32,000 bases of DNA, from assembly GCF_019969585.1 (NCBI RefSeq), contig NZ_CP081782.1; one strand, written 5' to 3'. A program made the position numbers and the translations under genes. This stretch comes from Escherichia coli. GTDB lineage: Bacteria > Pseudomonadota > Gammaproteobacteria > Enterobacterales > Enterobacteriaceae. Below the pieces are notes generated by a model that saw only the letters and a list, made by a program, of their open reading frames with translations, was not told the origin of the DNA and did no database searches. Shown in pieces: positions 1 through 13,794 of this stretch. Each line of letters starts with the position of its first letter. Position 1 is the first letter of the stretch.

Positions 1-295
1 TAATATTGATATAGCTTCGCTGGTAGTTACGCGTGAGCGATGCGGCGACGTCGACGGTTTTGACGCTGAAAATCTGCGGATTAGCGATCACATCGACAGG
101 AAGCGTCAGCCCATCGCGAATAAAAGATCGCTGCGCGTCCGGTGCCAGCAGACCGCCGCAGGGTTTGCTGAAACCTTCAGTACCACACTGGTGCTTTTTA
201 TCCAGCGCGATCACCTGCATTTTGCCTGCTAACTTTCGTGCCAACGCCGATCCTGCCGGGCCGAGGCCAATAATCGCCACGTCGAAATGTTCCAT
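1..295 (-). CDS. yidS: YidS-like FAD/NAD(P)-dependent oxidoreductase, 5' part of the gene only (runs off the left edge)
   Basis: Reverse complement from CAT at 293-295 translates as [58 protein letters not shown]..., open to base 1; GxGxxG dinucleotide-binding motif. The + strand ORF at 33-356 is its antisense shadow. Confidence 0.9.
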
Positions 296-359
296 CTTTT
301 CACTCACATTCATCACGATGGCAAAAGACTATTGTCTGAAAGTGAAGTCCTTGTGAAGT

Positions 360-1610
360 ATGATGGCGGGAACCGTTTTGTATCAGGACCACGCCATGAA
401 ACAGATAACCTTTGCTCCCCGTAATCACCTGCTCACCAATACCAATACCTGGACGCCCGACAGCCAGTGGCTGGTATTTGACGTGCGTCCTTCTGGGGCG
501 TCGTTTACCGGCGAGACCATTGAGCGTGTGAATATCCATACCGGCGAGGTCGAGGTTATCTATCGCGCGTCACAGGGCGCACATGTCGGCGTGGTGACCG
601 TTCATCCGAAGTCAGATAAATATGTCTTTATTCACGGCCCTGAAAATCCTGATGAAACATGGCATTACGATTTCCATCATCGACGCGGAGTCATTGCTAA
701 AGGCGGCAAGGTGAGCAATCTCGATGCAATGGATATTACTGCACCGTACACCCCAGGAGCGCTGCGCGGCGGCAGCCATGTACATGTCTTTAGCCCGGAC
801 GGTGAAAGGGTGAGCTTTACCTATAACGACCATGTAATGCATCAGCTCGATTCGGCACTGGATTTGCGAAACGTCGGTGTTGCCGCACCGTTTGGTCCGG
901 TGAATGTACAAAAGCAGCATCCGCGTGAATACAGCGGGAGCCACTGGTGTGTGCTGGTGAGCAAAACCACGCCCACGCCGCAGCCGGGCAGCGATGAAAT
1001 CAATCGTGCTTATGAAGAAGGATGGGTAGGAAATCACGCGCTGGCGTTTATTGGCGACACACTTTCGCCAAAGGGCGAGAAAGTGCCGGAGCTGTTTATC
1101 GTTGAGTTACCGCAAGATGAAGCTGGCTGGAAAGCAGCAGGTGATGCGCCGTTAAGTGGAACGGAAACAACCCTGCCCGCGCCACCGCGTGGCGTCGTGC
1201 AGCGACGTTTAACCTTTACCCACCATCGGGCTTATCCGGGGTTAGTCAACGTCCCGCGCCACTGGGTGCGCTGTAATCCGCAGGGTACACAAATCGCGTT
1301 TTTAATGCGAGATGATAACGGCATTGTGCAACTGTGGCTTATCTCGCCACAGGGCGGCGAGCCGCGCCAGTTAACCCATAACAAAACGGATATTCAGTCT
1401 GCATTTAACTGGCATCCATCAGGAGAATGGTTGGGCTTTGTGCTGGATAATCGAATTGCTTGTGCCCATGCGCAAAGCGGCGAGGTTGAGTATTTAACCG
1501 AAAACCACGCCAATCCACCTTCTGCGGACGCCGTGGTCTTCTCGCCGGATGGTCAATGGCTGACGTGGATGGAAGGCGGCCAGCTGTGGATCACCGAAAC
1601 TGATCGCTAA
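360..1610 (+). CDS. yidR: YidR, TolB-like beta-propeller repeat protein
   Basis: 416 aa ORF with repeated 'FSPDGxxLxW' propeller motifs; sequence recognised. The start could be 360, 363 or 396. Confidence 0.9.
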   Translation: MMAGTVLYQDHAMKQITFAPRNHLLTNTNTWTPDSQWLVFDVRPSGASFTGETIERVNIHTGEVEVIYRASQGAHVGVVTVHPKSDKYVFIHGPENPDETWHYDFHHRRGVIAKGGKVSNLDAMDITAPYTPGALRGGSHVHVFSPDGERVSFTYNDHVMHQLDSALDLRNVGVAAPFGPVNVQKQHPREYSGSHWCVLVSKTTPTPQPGSDEINRAYEEGWVGNHALAFIGDTLSPKGEKVPELFIVELPQDEAGWKAAGDAPLSGTETTLPAPPRGVVQRRLTFTHHRAYPGLVNVPRHWVRCNPQGTQIAFLMRDDNGIVQLWLISPQGGEPRQLTHNKTDIQSAFNWHPSGEWLGFVLDNRIACAHAQSGEVEYLTENHANPPSADAVVFSPDGQWLTWMEGGQLWITETDR

Positions 1611-1611
1611 A

Positions 1612-1944
1612 TCAGTTATCAGGCATTCTGGCCGGTGGAATAACCGCATTGGTGGCTTGCGCGTTGGCTTCGCTTTTTTCAACGCGTGAGCGCACCGAGC
1701 TGTCTTTGCGGAACACATCCCACGGTAATAAAAGCGTGTCCATCACAGCGGTAAACGGCATATCGAGAATCGCCAGCGACTTAGTGCCCCAGTTGGTTTC
1801 ATCATCGCCAATCATGGTGGCGCTGGCGCGGGTGCCGGGATACGTTCCTTCTTTCCCTCCGGTATGGGACATCACGCTGGAGCATCCTCCGAGTAATGCC
1901 ATTCCACTGCATATCATGAACGCTAACAACACATTTCTTATCAT
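1612..1944 (-). CDS. yidQ: YidQ, small putative outer-membrane lipoprotein
   Basis: 110 aa from internal Met (MIRNVLLAFMICSGMALLGGCSS...) with signal peptide and LGGC lipobox. Confidence 0.9.
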   Translation of the reverse strand: MIRNVLLAFMICSGMALLGGCSSVMSHTGGKEGTYPGTRASATMIGDDETNWGTKSLAILDMPFTAVMDTLLLPWDVFRKDSSVRSRVEKSEANAQATNAVIPPARMPDN

Positions 1945-2118
1945 AATAAATTCATCTGTTGATCGTGGGTGTTGGCCTGATGAGTTATAGCGATCCCTTG
2001 CTGAAAATAACATCATCATTACGTCGCTCTGTGGCGGCAATCGCACTTTAACGTTTCGTGCTGCCCCCTCAGTCTATGCAATAGACCATAAACTGCAAAA
2101 AAAAGTCCGCTGATAAGG

Positions 2119-2147
2119 CTTGAAAAGTTCATTTTCAGACCCATTTT
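2119..2147 (+). promoter_or_regulatory. Putative sigma-32 heat-shock promoter of ibpAB
   Basis: CTTGAA (2119-2124) and CCCATTTT (2140-2147) with 15 bp spacing, upstream of ibpA. Confidence 0.8.
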
Positions 2148-2153
2148 TACATC

Positions 2154-2252
2154 GTAGCCGATGAGGACGCGCCTGATGGGTGTTCTGGCTACCTGACCTG
2201 TCCATTGTGGAAGGTCTTACATTCTCGCTGATTTCAGGAGCTATTGATTATG
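2154..2252 (+). promoter_or_regulatory. ibpA 5' UTR, ROSE-like RNA thermometer region
   Basis: Leader between sigma-32 promoter and ibpA start containing CAGGAG Shine-Dalgarno and upstream pairing-competent CCTG/TCTTAC segments; the ibpA thermometer is established in E. coli. Exact bounds inferred. Confidence 0.65.
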
Positions 2253-2663
2253 CGTAACTTTGATTTATCCCCGCTTTACCGTTCTGCTATTGGATTTGAC
2301 CGTTTGTTTAACCACTTAGAAAACAACCAGAGCCAGAGTAATGGCGGCTACCCTCCGTATAACGTTGAACTGGTAGACGAAAACCATTACCGCATTGCTA
2401 TCGCTGTGGCTGGTTTTGCTGAGAGCGAACTGGAAATTACCGCCCAGGATAATCTGCTGGTGGTGAAAGGTGCTCACGCCGACGAACAAAAAGAGCGCAC
2501 CTATCTGTACCAGGGCATCGCTGAACGCAACTTTGAACGCAAATTCCAGTTAGCTGAGAACATTCATGTTCGTGGCGCTAACCTGGTAAATGGTTTGCTG
2601 TATATCGATCTCGAACGCGTGATTCCGGAAGCGAAAAAACCGCGCCGTATCGAAATCAACTAA
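2250..2663 (+). CDS. ibpA: Small heat shock protein IbpA
   Basis: 137 aa [27 protein letters not shown]...; alpha-crystallin/Hsp20 domain; good SD. Confidence 0.98.
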
Positions 2664-2774
2664 TTCCCTAAGGCCGCCTGGCGCGGCCTGACATCTCCAT
2701 GCTCGCCGTCAGGGAGCATATGCGAATCTTCGGATTTGCAGGTACTTACTCGCTTCTTAGAAGGAGAAATGACT
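2664..2774 (+). promoter_or_regulatory. ibpA-ibpB intercistronic leader with hairpins (ROSE-like thermometer candidate for ibpB)
   Basis: GGCCGC/GCGGCC stem near 2672-2688, TGCGAATC-TTCG-GATTTGCA hairpin at 2721-2740, and CTTCT/AGAAG pairing next to the AAGGAG SD. Confidence 0.6.
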
Positions 2775-3203
2775 ATGCGTAACTTCGATTTATCCCCACT
2801 GATGCGTCAATGGATCGGTTTTGACAAACTGGCCAACGCACTGCAAAACGCCGGTGAAAGTCAGAGCTTCCCGCCGTACAACATTGAGAAAAGCGACGAT
2901 AACCACTACCGCATTACCCTTGCGCTGGCAGGTTTCCGTCAGGAAGATTTAGAGATTCAACTGGAAGGTACGCGCCTGAGCGTAAAAGGCACGCCGGAGC
3001 AGCCAAAAGAAGAGAAAAAATGGCTGCATCAAGGGCTTATGAATCAGCCATTTAGCCTGAGCTTTACGCTGGCTGAAAATATGGAAGTCTCTGGCGCAAC
3101 CTTCGTAAACGGTTTACTGCATATTGATTTAATTCGTAATGAGCCTGAACCCATCGCAGCGCAGCGTATCGCTATCAGCGAACGTCCCGCGTTAAATAGC
3201 TAA
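2775..3203 (+). CDS. ibpB: Small heat shock protein IbpB
   Basis: 142 aa [24 protein letters not shown]...; paralog of IbpA; SD AAGGAG. Confidence 0.98.
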
Positions 3204-3218
3204 CTAGCTATTCTCTTT

Positions 3219-3246
3219 GCCCCGCCATTCTGGTGGGGCTTTTTTT
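3219..3246 (+). terminator. Rho-independent terminator of ibpAB
   Basis: GCCCCGCCATTCTGGTGGGGC followed by a T run. Confidence 0.85.
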
Positions 3247-3398
3247 GTCTTTCTTCTTCAACAATGCGTTAAATTTCGACTGTTTAAGATATTTCGGCAC
3301 GTTCTTTCCCGTGATAATGTGCGCTATAAGGCAAATCTGCTTCACCGATTCAGCCATAATCCGTAGCAATTAAAATGTTATCTCAAGAGAAATGGACG

Positions 3399-5060
3399 AT
3401 GAGTGATATAGCATTAACGGTCAGTATTTTGGCTTTGGTGGCAGTCGTCGGTTTGTTTATCGGCAACGTCAAATTTCGCGGCATAGGATTAGGTATTGGC
3501 GGCGTGCTGTTTGGTGGGATCATCGTCGGCCATTTTGTTTCTCAGGCGGGGATGACATTAAGTAGCGATATGCTGCATGTTATTCAGGAATTTGGCCTGA
3601 TTCTGTTCGTTTATACTATCGGGATTCAGGTAGGGCCGGGCTTCTTTGCCTCATTGCGCGTCTCCGGATTACGCCTCAACCTGTTTGCTGTTCTGATCGT
3701 CATCATCGGTGGTCTGGTTACCGCCATCCTGCATAAACTGTTTGATATTCCACTGCCGGTAGTGCTGGGGATTTTCTCCGGTGCGGTAACCAATACGCCA
3801 GCGCTGGGGGCAGGGCAGCAGATCTTGCGCGACTTGGGTACACCAATGGAAATGGTCGATCAGATGGGGATGAGTTACGCGATGGCGTATCCATTCGGCA
3901 TTTGCGGGATATTGTTCACCATGTGGATGTTGCGGGTTATTTTCCGCGTCAATGTCGAGACAGAAGCCCAGCAGCACGAGTCTTCACGCACCAATGGCGG
4001 CGCGCTGATCAAGACTATCAATATTCGCGTTGAGAACCCTAACCTGCATGATTTAGCCATTAAAGATGTACCGATTCTCAACGGCGACAAAATTATCTGC
4101 TCGCGTCTGAAACGAGAAGAAACCCTAAAAGTACCTTCGCCAGATACCATTATCCAACTGGGCGATTTGCTGCATCTGGTGGGGCAGCCAGCGGATTTAC
4201 ATAATGCGCAACTGGTGATTGGTCAGGAGGTCGATACCTCGCTGTCCACGAAAGGCACTGATTTGCGCGTCGAGCGTGTGGTGGTCACCAATGAAAACGT
4301 GCTTGGTAAGCGTATTCGCGACCTGCATTTTAAAGAACGCTATGACGTTGTTATCTCGCGCCTGAACCGTGCCGGGGTCGAACTGGTCGCCAGTGGCGAT
4401 ATCAGCCTGCAGTTCGGCGATATCCTCAATCTGGTGGGGCGTCCGTCCGCAATTGATGCCGTTGCCAATGTGCTGGGGAATGCGCAGCAAAAACTGCAAC
4501 AGGTTCAGATGCTGCCAGTGTTTATTGGCATCGGGCTAGGCGTATTGTTAGGTTCTATTCCCGTCTTTGTGCCAGGATTCCCGGCCGCGTTGAAACTGGG
4601 GCTGGCGGGCGGACCGCTGATTATGGCGTTGATCCTCGGGCGTATCGGCAGTATCGGCAAGCTGTACTGGTTTATGCCGCCAAGCGCCAACCTCGCGCTG
4701 CGGGAGCTGGGGATCGTGCTGTTCCTCTCGGTCGTTGGTCTGAAATCTGGTGGGGATTTTGTGAATACCCTGGTCAATGGCGAAGGGCTAAGCTGGATTG
4801 GTTATGGTGCCCTGATCACCGCCGTTCCGCTGATTACTGTTGGCATTCTGGCGCGGATGTTAGCCAAAATGAATTACCTGACCATGTGCGGGATGCTGGC
4901 AGGTTCCATGACCGATCCTCCGGCGCTGGCGTTTGCTAATAATCTTCATCCAACCAGCGGTGCGGCGGCGCTCTCTTACGCCACTGTCTATCCGTTGGTA
5001 ATGTTCCTGCGCATTATCACCCCCCAATTACTGGCGGTGCTCTTCTGGAGTATCGGTTAA
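3399..5060 (+). CDS. yidE: YidE, AspT/YidE/YbjL-type putative transporter with two central TrkA-C domains
   Basis: 553 aa from [20 protein letters not shown]; polytopic membrane protein with internal soluble repeats; sequence recognised. Confidence 0.93.
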
Positions 5061-5694
5061 CTCTTTTCCGGGTGGAGTCGCCGTAAATGGTACTCCACCT
5101 GGTATTCGCTGGCATTTCTGAACATCACTGAATAATTCAAAAACTCCCCGCTCTCGCTATATGACAACGAGGTGATCCGCAGCAGTGGCGTGTGTTCCGC
5201 TACCTTCATTTGCCGCGCCAGCAGTCTATCGGCGAGCACTGGCGTCAGGCTTTCATAATTACCGCCAATCAAAATCCCGCACTCTTGTTCAATATATTCA
5301 AACTTCGACCCTTCCAGATGTTGCAGCGAAAGATTACGGAACAGTTTTACCGGCATATAGCTGTCTTCCAGCATCAGCGGTTTCCCTTCCACAAAACGAA
5401 CGCGACGGGAGAAGTAGATCTGCTCGTTGATTTGAATCCGTAACTGGCTGGCAATGGCCGGAGGCGCAGGCATGATTTCAAAAATCAGCACCTGGCTGGT
5501 GACCGTTTTTCCCTGCCGTGGCGGCGGACCACCAATCCCCACGCTACCAGCAGGTCAATGGCTTTACGGATGGTCATCCGCGATACCGCAAATTCTTCCG
5601 CCAACTTTTTTTCACCGGGAAGAAGGCTATTTAGCGTGAAATCTGCGGAATTAAGTCGAATTCTTAACCGCTCCGCAATGCTTTTGTAGATCAT
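5057..5694 (-). pseudogene. yidP: yidP, GntR/HutC-family transcriptional regulator disrupted by internal deletion/frameshift
   Basis: N-terminal wHTH (MIYKSIAERLRIRLNSADFTLNSLLPGEKKLAEEFAVSRMTIRKAIDLLVAWGLVVRRHG) in one frame; UTRA part (RQGKTVTSQVLIFEIMPAPPAIASQLRIQ...LHPEKS) in another frame. Joint near 5511-5521; the normal 'GSGTY(L/V)' linker after RRHG is missing. Confidence 0.85.
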
Positions 5695-5989
5695 CTCTAG
5701 ATCTCTTTTTTGCCTGCAAGCCCGGGTAATGCGCCCACAAGTTCTGCTTAATCGATTGAAAAAACATCTTTTTTTTAAACATGTGTTCGATGCTGTGTAC
5801 CAGTGCTCACAGATGTCTACTTTTTCGCGAAAACGTAGATCTCTACCGCCCAACGAAAAGCATGAAAGCGATCACGAATCCCATTGGGTCGTCATGTTCT
5901 GCCGATCGCATCTTCCTATCCTCGCTCCAGGCCTGCCGCATAACCAATCAGGCTTCCTACTTACAGAATTGAGAAAAGAGGATGTGGAA

Positions 5990-9818
<3,829 letters not shown>

Positions 9819-9984
9819 TTTAATATCCCTCCGGCGAATTATGCTCACAACCTGAACTTAACAGAAAACAATCCGTTCAGGGATACGACGTTTGTATTTT
9901 AAGAATCTGACTGCCTGACCCGACGCATTTTACCTCTCCCTATATTCATGCGTCCGGGACATAAACATAAATAAGGGCTATGAG

Positions 9985-11700
9985 ATGAATTCGTTACAAA
10001 TCTTGAGTTTTGTCGGTTTTACGCTGCTGGTGGCGGTGATCACCTGGTGGAAGGTCCGCAAAACAGATACCGGATCGCAACAAGGCTATTTTCTTGCCGG
10101 ACGTTCACTAAAAGCGCCGGTTATTGCCGCTTCGTTAATGCTAACCAACCTTTCCACGGAACAACTGGTCGGCCTTTCCGGGCAGGCCTACAAAAGCGGC
10201 ATGTCGGTGATGGGCTGGGAAGTGACTTCAGCGGTGACGCTGATCTTCCTCGCGCTAATCTTTTTACCGCGCTATCTGAAGCGCGGCATTGCCACCATCC
10301 CCGATTTTCTGGAGGAACGTTATGATAAAACGACGCGTATTATCATCGACTTCTGCTTCCTCATTGCCACCGGCGTCTGCTTTCTGCCGATTGTTCTCTA
10401 CTCCGGCGCGTTGGCGCTCAACAGCCTGTTTCACGTCGGGGAATCGCTACAGATTTCTCACGGTGCGGCTATCTGGCTACTGGTAATTTTGCTTGGTCTG
10501 GCGGGAATTTTGTATGCGGTGATCGGCGGACTGCGCGCAATGGCAGTGGCGGACTCCATCAACGGTATTGGGCTGGTTATCGGCGGGTTGATGGTGCCGG
10601 TATTTGGCCTGATCGCGATGGGCAAGGGCAGCTTTATGCAGGGCATTGAGCAACTCACCACCGTTCACGCCGAGAAATTAAACTCAATCGGTGGCCCGAC
10701 CGATCCCTTGCCGATTGGCGCGGCATTTACCGGTTTGATTCTGGTGAACACCTTTTACTGGTGTACAAATCAGGGCATCGTGCAACGCACGCTGGCGTCA
10801 AAAAGCCTGGCGGAAGGGCAAAAGGGGGCGCTGTTAACGGCGGTGCTGAAAATGCTCGACCCGCTGGTACTGGTGCTGCCAGGGTTGATTGCGTTTCATC
10901 TGTATCAGGATTTACCGAAAGCCGACATGGCCTACCCGACGCTGGTCAATAACGTTCTGCCAGTGCCAATGGTGGGTTTCTTCGGCGCGGTGTTATTTGG
11001 TGCGGTGATCAGTACCTTCAACGGCTTTCTGAATAGCGCCAGTACGTTATTCAGTATGGGTATTTACCGTCGCATCATTAACCAGAATGCCGAGCCGCAG
11101 CAGCTGGTCACCGTCGGGCGCAAATTTGGTTTCTTTATCGCTATCGTTTCGGTGCTGGTCGCGCCGTGGATCGCCAACGCGCCGCAGGGGCTGTATAGCT
11201 GGATGAAACAGCTCAACGGCATTTACAACGTGCCGCTGGTTACCATCATCATTATGGGCTTTTTCTTCCCGCGCATCCCGGCGCTGGCGGCAAAAGTGGC
11301 GATGGGGATTGGCATAATCAGCTACATCACCATCAACTATCTGGTGAAGTTCGACTTCCATTTCCTCTATGTGCTGGCCTGTACGTTCTGCATCAACGTG
11401 GTCGTGATGCTGGTGATCGGTTTTATCAAACCGCGCGCCACGCCGTTCACCTTCAAAGATGCGTTTGCGGTGGACATGAAACCGTGGAGAAACGTCAAGA
11501 TCGCGTCAATTGGCATCCTGTTCGCGATGATTGGCGTCTATGCCGGGCTGGCTGAATTCGGCGGCTACGGTACGCGCTGGTTAGCGATGATCAGTTATTT
11601 CATTGCCGCCGTAGTGATTGTCTACCTGATTTTTGACAGCTGGCGGCATCGTCACGACCCAGCCGTAACCTTTACTCCCGACGCGAAGGATAGCCTATGA
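9985..11700 (+). CDS. yidK: YidK, sodium:solute symporter (SSS/SLC5) family
   Basis: 571 aa, about 14 hydrophobic segments, SLC5 pattern ('FLAGRSL', 'LTNLSTEQLVGLSGQAYKSG'). Confidence 0.92.
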   Translation: MNSLQILSFVGFTLLVAVITWWKVRKTDTGSQQGYFLAGRSLKAPVIAASLMLTNLSTEQLVGLSGQAYKSGMSVMGWEVTSAVTLIFLALIFLPRYLKRGIATIPDFLEERYDKTTRIIIDFCFLIATGVCFLPIVLYSGALALNSLFHVGESLQISHGAAIWLLVILLGLAGILYAVIGGLRAMAVADSINGIGLVIGGLMVPVFGLIAMGKGSFMQGIEQLTTVHAEKLNSIGGPTDPLPIGAAFTGLILVNTFYWCTNQGIVQRTLASKSLAEGQKGALLTAVLKMLDPLVLVLPGLIAFHLYQDLPKADMAYPTLVNNVLPVPMVGFFGAVLFGAVISTFNGFLNSASTLFSMGIYRRIINQNAEPQQLVTVGRKFGFFIAIVSVLVAPWIANAPQGLYSWMKQLNGIYNVPLVTIIIMGFFFPRIPALAAKVAMGIGIISYITINYLVKFDFHFLYVLACTFCINVVVMLVIGFIKPRATPFTFKDAFAVDMKPWRNVKIASIGILFAMIGVYAGLAEFGGYGTRWLAMISYFIAAVVIVYLIFDSWRHRHDPAVTFTPDAKDSL

Positions 11701-13190
11701 AACGCCCCAATTTTCTGTTCATCATGACCGATACCCAGGCCACCAATATGGTCGGTTGCTATAGCGGTAAACCGCTGAATACGCAAAATATTGATAGTCT
11801 GGCGGCGGAAGGTATTCGCTTTAATTCCGCCTACACCTGTTCACCGGTTTGTACGCCTGCACGCGCCGGACTATTTACCGGTATCTACGCTAACCAGTCC
11901 GGCCCGTGGACCAACAACGTCGCGCCAGGCAAAAACATCTCCACTATGGGGCGCTACTTTAAGGATGCCGGCTATCACACCTGTTACATCGGCAAATGGC
12001 ATCTCGACGGTCATGACTATTTCGGCACTGGCGAGTGTCCGCCGGAGTGGGACGCTGATTACTGGTTCGATGGGGCGAACTACCTTAGCGAACTGACGGA
12101 AAAAGAGATCAGCCTGTGGCGCAATGGCCTAAACAGCGTTGAGGATTTACAGGCGAACCATATCGACGGAACCTTCACCTGGGCGCACCGCATCAGCAAT
12201 CGGGCGGTAGATTTTCTGCAACAGCCCGCGCGCGCCGAGGAACCCTTCCTGATGGTGGTTTCGTATGATGAGCCGCATCACCCGTTCACCTGTCCGGTGG
12301 AGTATTTAGAGAAATACGCTGATTTTTACTACGAGCTGGGCGAGAAAGCACAGGATGACCTGGCTAACAAACCGGAACATCACCGCTTATGGGCGCAGGC
12401 GATGCCATCGCCAGTCGGTGATGGCGGGCTTTATCACCATCCGCTCTATTTTGCCTGCAATGACTTTGTTGATGACCAAATCGGACGGGTCATCAATGCC
12501 TTAACGCCAGAGCAACGTGAAAATACGTGGGTTATTTATACATCCGATCACGGCGAAATGATGGGCGCACATAAGCTGATCAGTAAAGGAGCGGCGATGT
12601 ATGACGACATCACCCGCATTCCGCTGATCATCCTTTCGCCGCAAGGGGAGCGGCGACAGGTCGATACGCCAGTCAGTCATATCGATTTACTGCCGACAAT
12701 GATGGCGCTGGCAGATATTGAAAAACCAGAGATTCTGCCGGGGGAAAATATCCTTGCCGTGAAAGAGCCACGTGGCGTGATGGTGGAATTTAACCGCTAC
12801 GAGATTGAGCATGACAGCTTTGGCGGTTTTATTCCGGTGCGTTGCTGGGTGACGGATGACTTTAAACTGGTACTCAACCTCTTCACCAGTGATGAACTTT
12901 ACGATCGCCGTAATGACCCAAATGAAATGCATAACCTGATCGATGATATCCGTTTTGCAGACGTTCGCAGCAAAATGCATGACGCCTTATTGGATTACAT
13001 GGACAAAATTCGCGATCCGTTCCGCAGTTACCAATGGAGTCTGCGTCCGTGGCGTAAAGATGCACGGCCGCGCTGGATGGGGGCGTTTCGTCCACGCCCA
13101 CAAGATGGCTATTCGCCAGTGGTACGCGACTATGACACCGGCCTACCGACGCAAGGAGTGAAGGTGGAGGAGAAAAAACAGAAATTCTGA
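11697..13190 (+). CDS. yidJ: YidJ, type I sulfatase
   Basis: 497 aa; MTDTQ metal-binding N-terminus and sulfatase signature CTPARAGLFTG (C-x-P-x-R); overlaps yidK stop by 4 nt (ATGA). Confidence 0.93.
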   Translation: MKRPNFLFIMTDTQATNMVGCYSGKPLNTQNIDSLAAEGIRFNSAYTCSPVCTPARAGLFTGIYANQSGPWTNNVAPGKNISTMGRYFKDAGYHTCYIGKWHLDGHDYFGTGECPPEWDADYWFDGANYLSELTEKEISLWRNGLNSVEDLQANHIDGTFTWAHRISNRAVDFLQQPARAEEPFLMVVSYDEPHHPFTCPVEYLEKYADFYYELGEKAQDDLANKPEHHRLWAQAMPSPVGDGGLYHHPLYFACNDFVDDQIGRVINALTPEQRENTWVIYTSDHGEMMGAHKLISKGAAMYDDITRIPLIILSPQGERRQVDTPVSHIDLLPTMMALADIEKPEILPGENILAVKEPRGVMVEFNRYEIEHDSFGGFIPVRCWVTDDFKLVLNLFTSDELYDRRNDPNEMHNLIDDIRFADVRSKMHDALLDYMDKIRDPFRSYQWSLRPWRKDARPRWMGAFRPRPQDGYSPVVRDYDTGLPTQGVKVEEKKQKF

Positions 13191-13194
13191 CGAT

Positions 13195-13225
13195 AATGCC
13201 CGCTGATGATCACCCGGCGGGCATT
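13195..13225. terminator. Bidirectional terminator-like hairpin between convergent yidJ and yidI
   Basis: AATGCCCGC...GGCGGGCATT inverted repeat with weak T/A tract. Confidence 0.55.
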
Positions 13226-13236
13226 ATTCAGGCTGC

Positions 13237-13686
13237 TTAAACCAGCGAACCGCCGGTCAGGAAGGAAAAAATCAGGAATATCAGCAAAATGCTGCACACG
13301 ATGCCGATACCAAAAAGCAAGGTATGAAAAGCCAGCGTCCCGCCGCCAAAAACCAGCGCGCCGCGAATGCCCCAGCGATTTTCCTTACGCATACCGCCAA
13401 TAAATGCGCAAAGTAGCGCAGCAATGGCCAGTGCGATACCGCTTTGATCGAGGATTTTATCGATATCCATGTCCTCTTTTTTCTCCACAGTGGTAATTTT
13501 TTCGCCTTTTATTCCGGCGAGAAGACCTCTTTTAATTTCAGCCGTTTTGTCCGCCACGATGCTTTCAAGCGTTGGCGGTGGTGCGGAAAAAGGGCCGAAT
13601 GAAAAGTGGATAATCCCCATCATTAAAGCGATGGCACCGAACAGCATGCCCAATGAACTGATTTTATTTTGCGCTATGATACCCAT
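13237..13686 (-). CDS. yidI: YidI, inner membrane protein
   Basis: 149 aa with several hydrophobic helices; AGGAGG-type SD upstream; sequence recognised. Confidence 0.85.
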   Translation of the reverse strand: MGIIAQNKISSLGMLFGAIALMMGIIHFSFGPFSAPPPTLESIVADKTAEIKRGLLAGIKGEKITTVEKKEDMDIDKILDQSGIALAIAALLCAFIGGMRKENRWGIRGALVFGGGTLAFHTLLFGIGIVCSILLIFLIFSFLTGGSLV

Positions 13687-13794
13687 CTGACCTCCTTGTA
13701 GCGGATGGCAAAAGCATATCAGGAAACGGGCGGACGAAATTCTTAAAAAAAACCGCTAAAGATAGAGCGTTAGTGAAATTGCAAAGGAGCAACA

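Noticed and set aside
33-356. 107 aa + strand ORF at the left edge
   Set aside because: Antisense to yidS, whose minus-strand reading gives a clear FAD/NAD(P)-binding N-terminus.
5803-5822. Possible CRP site TGTGTACCAGTGCTCACA upstream of glvC
   Set aside because: Half-sites are separated by 8 rather than 6 bp, so it does not fit a functional CRP operator; left uncalled.
5729-5989. N-terminal 87 codons of the 625 aa glvC ORF
   Set aside because: Low-complexity, non-homologous translation of the yidP-glvC regulatory region; the EIIC domain starts at MLSQIQRF (5990).
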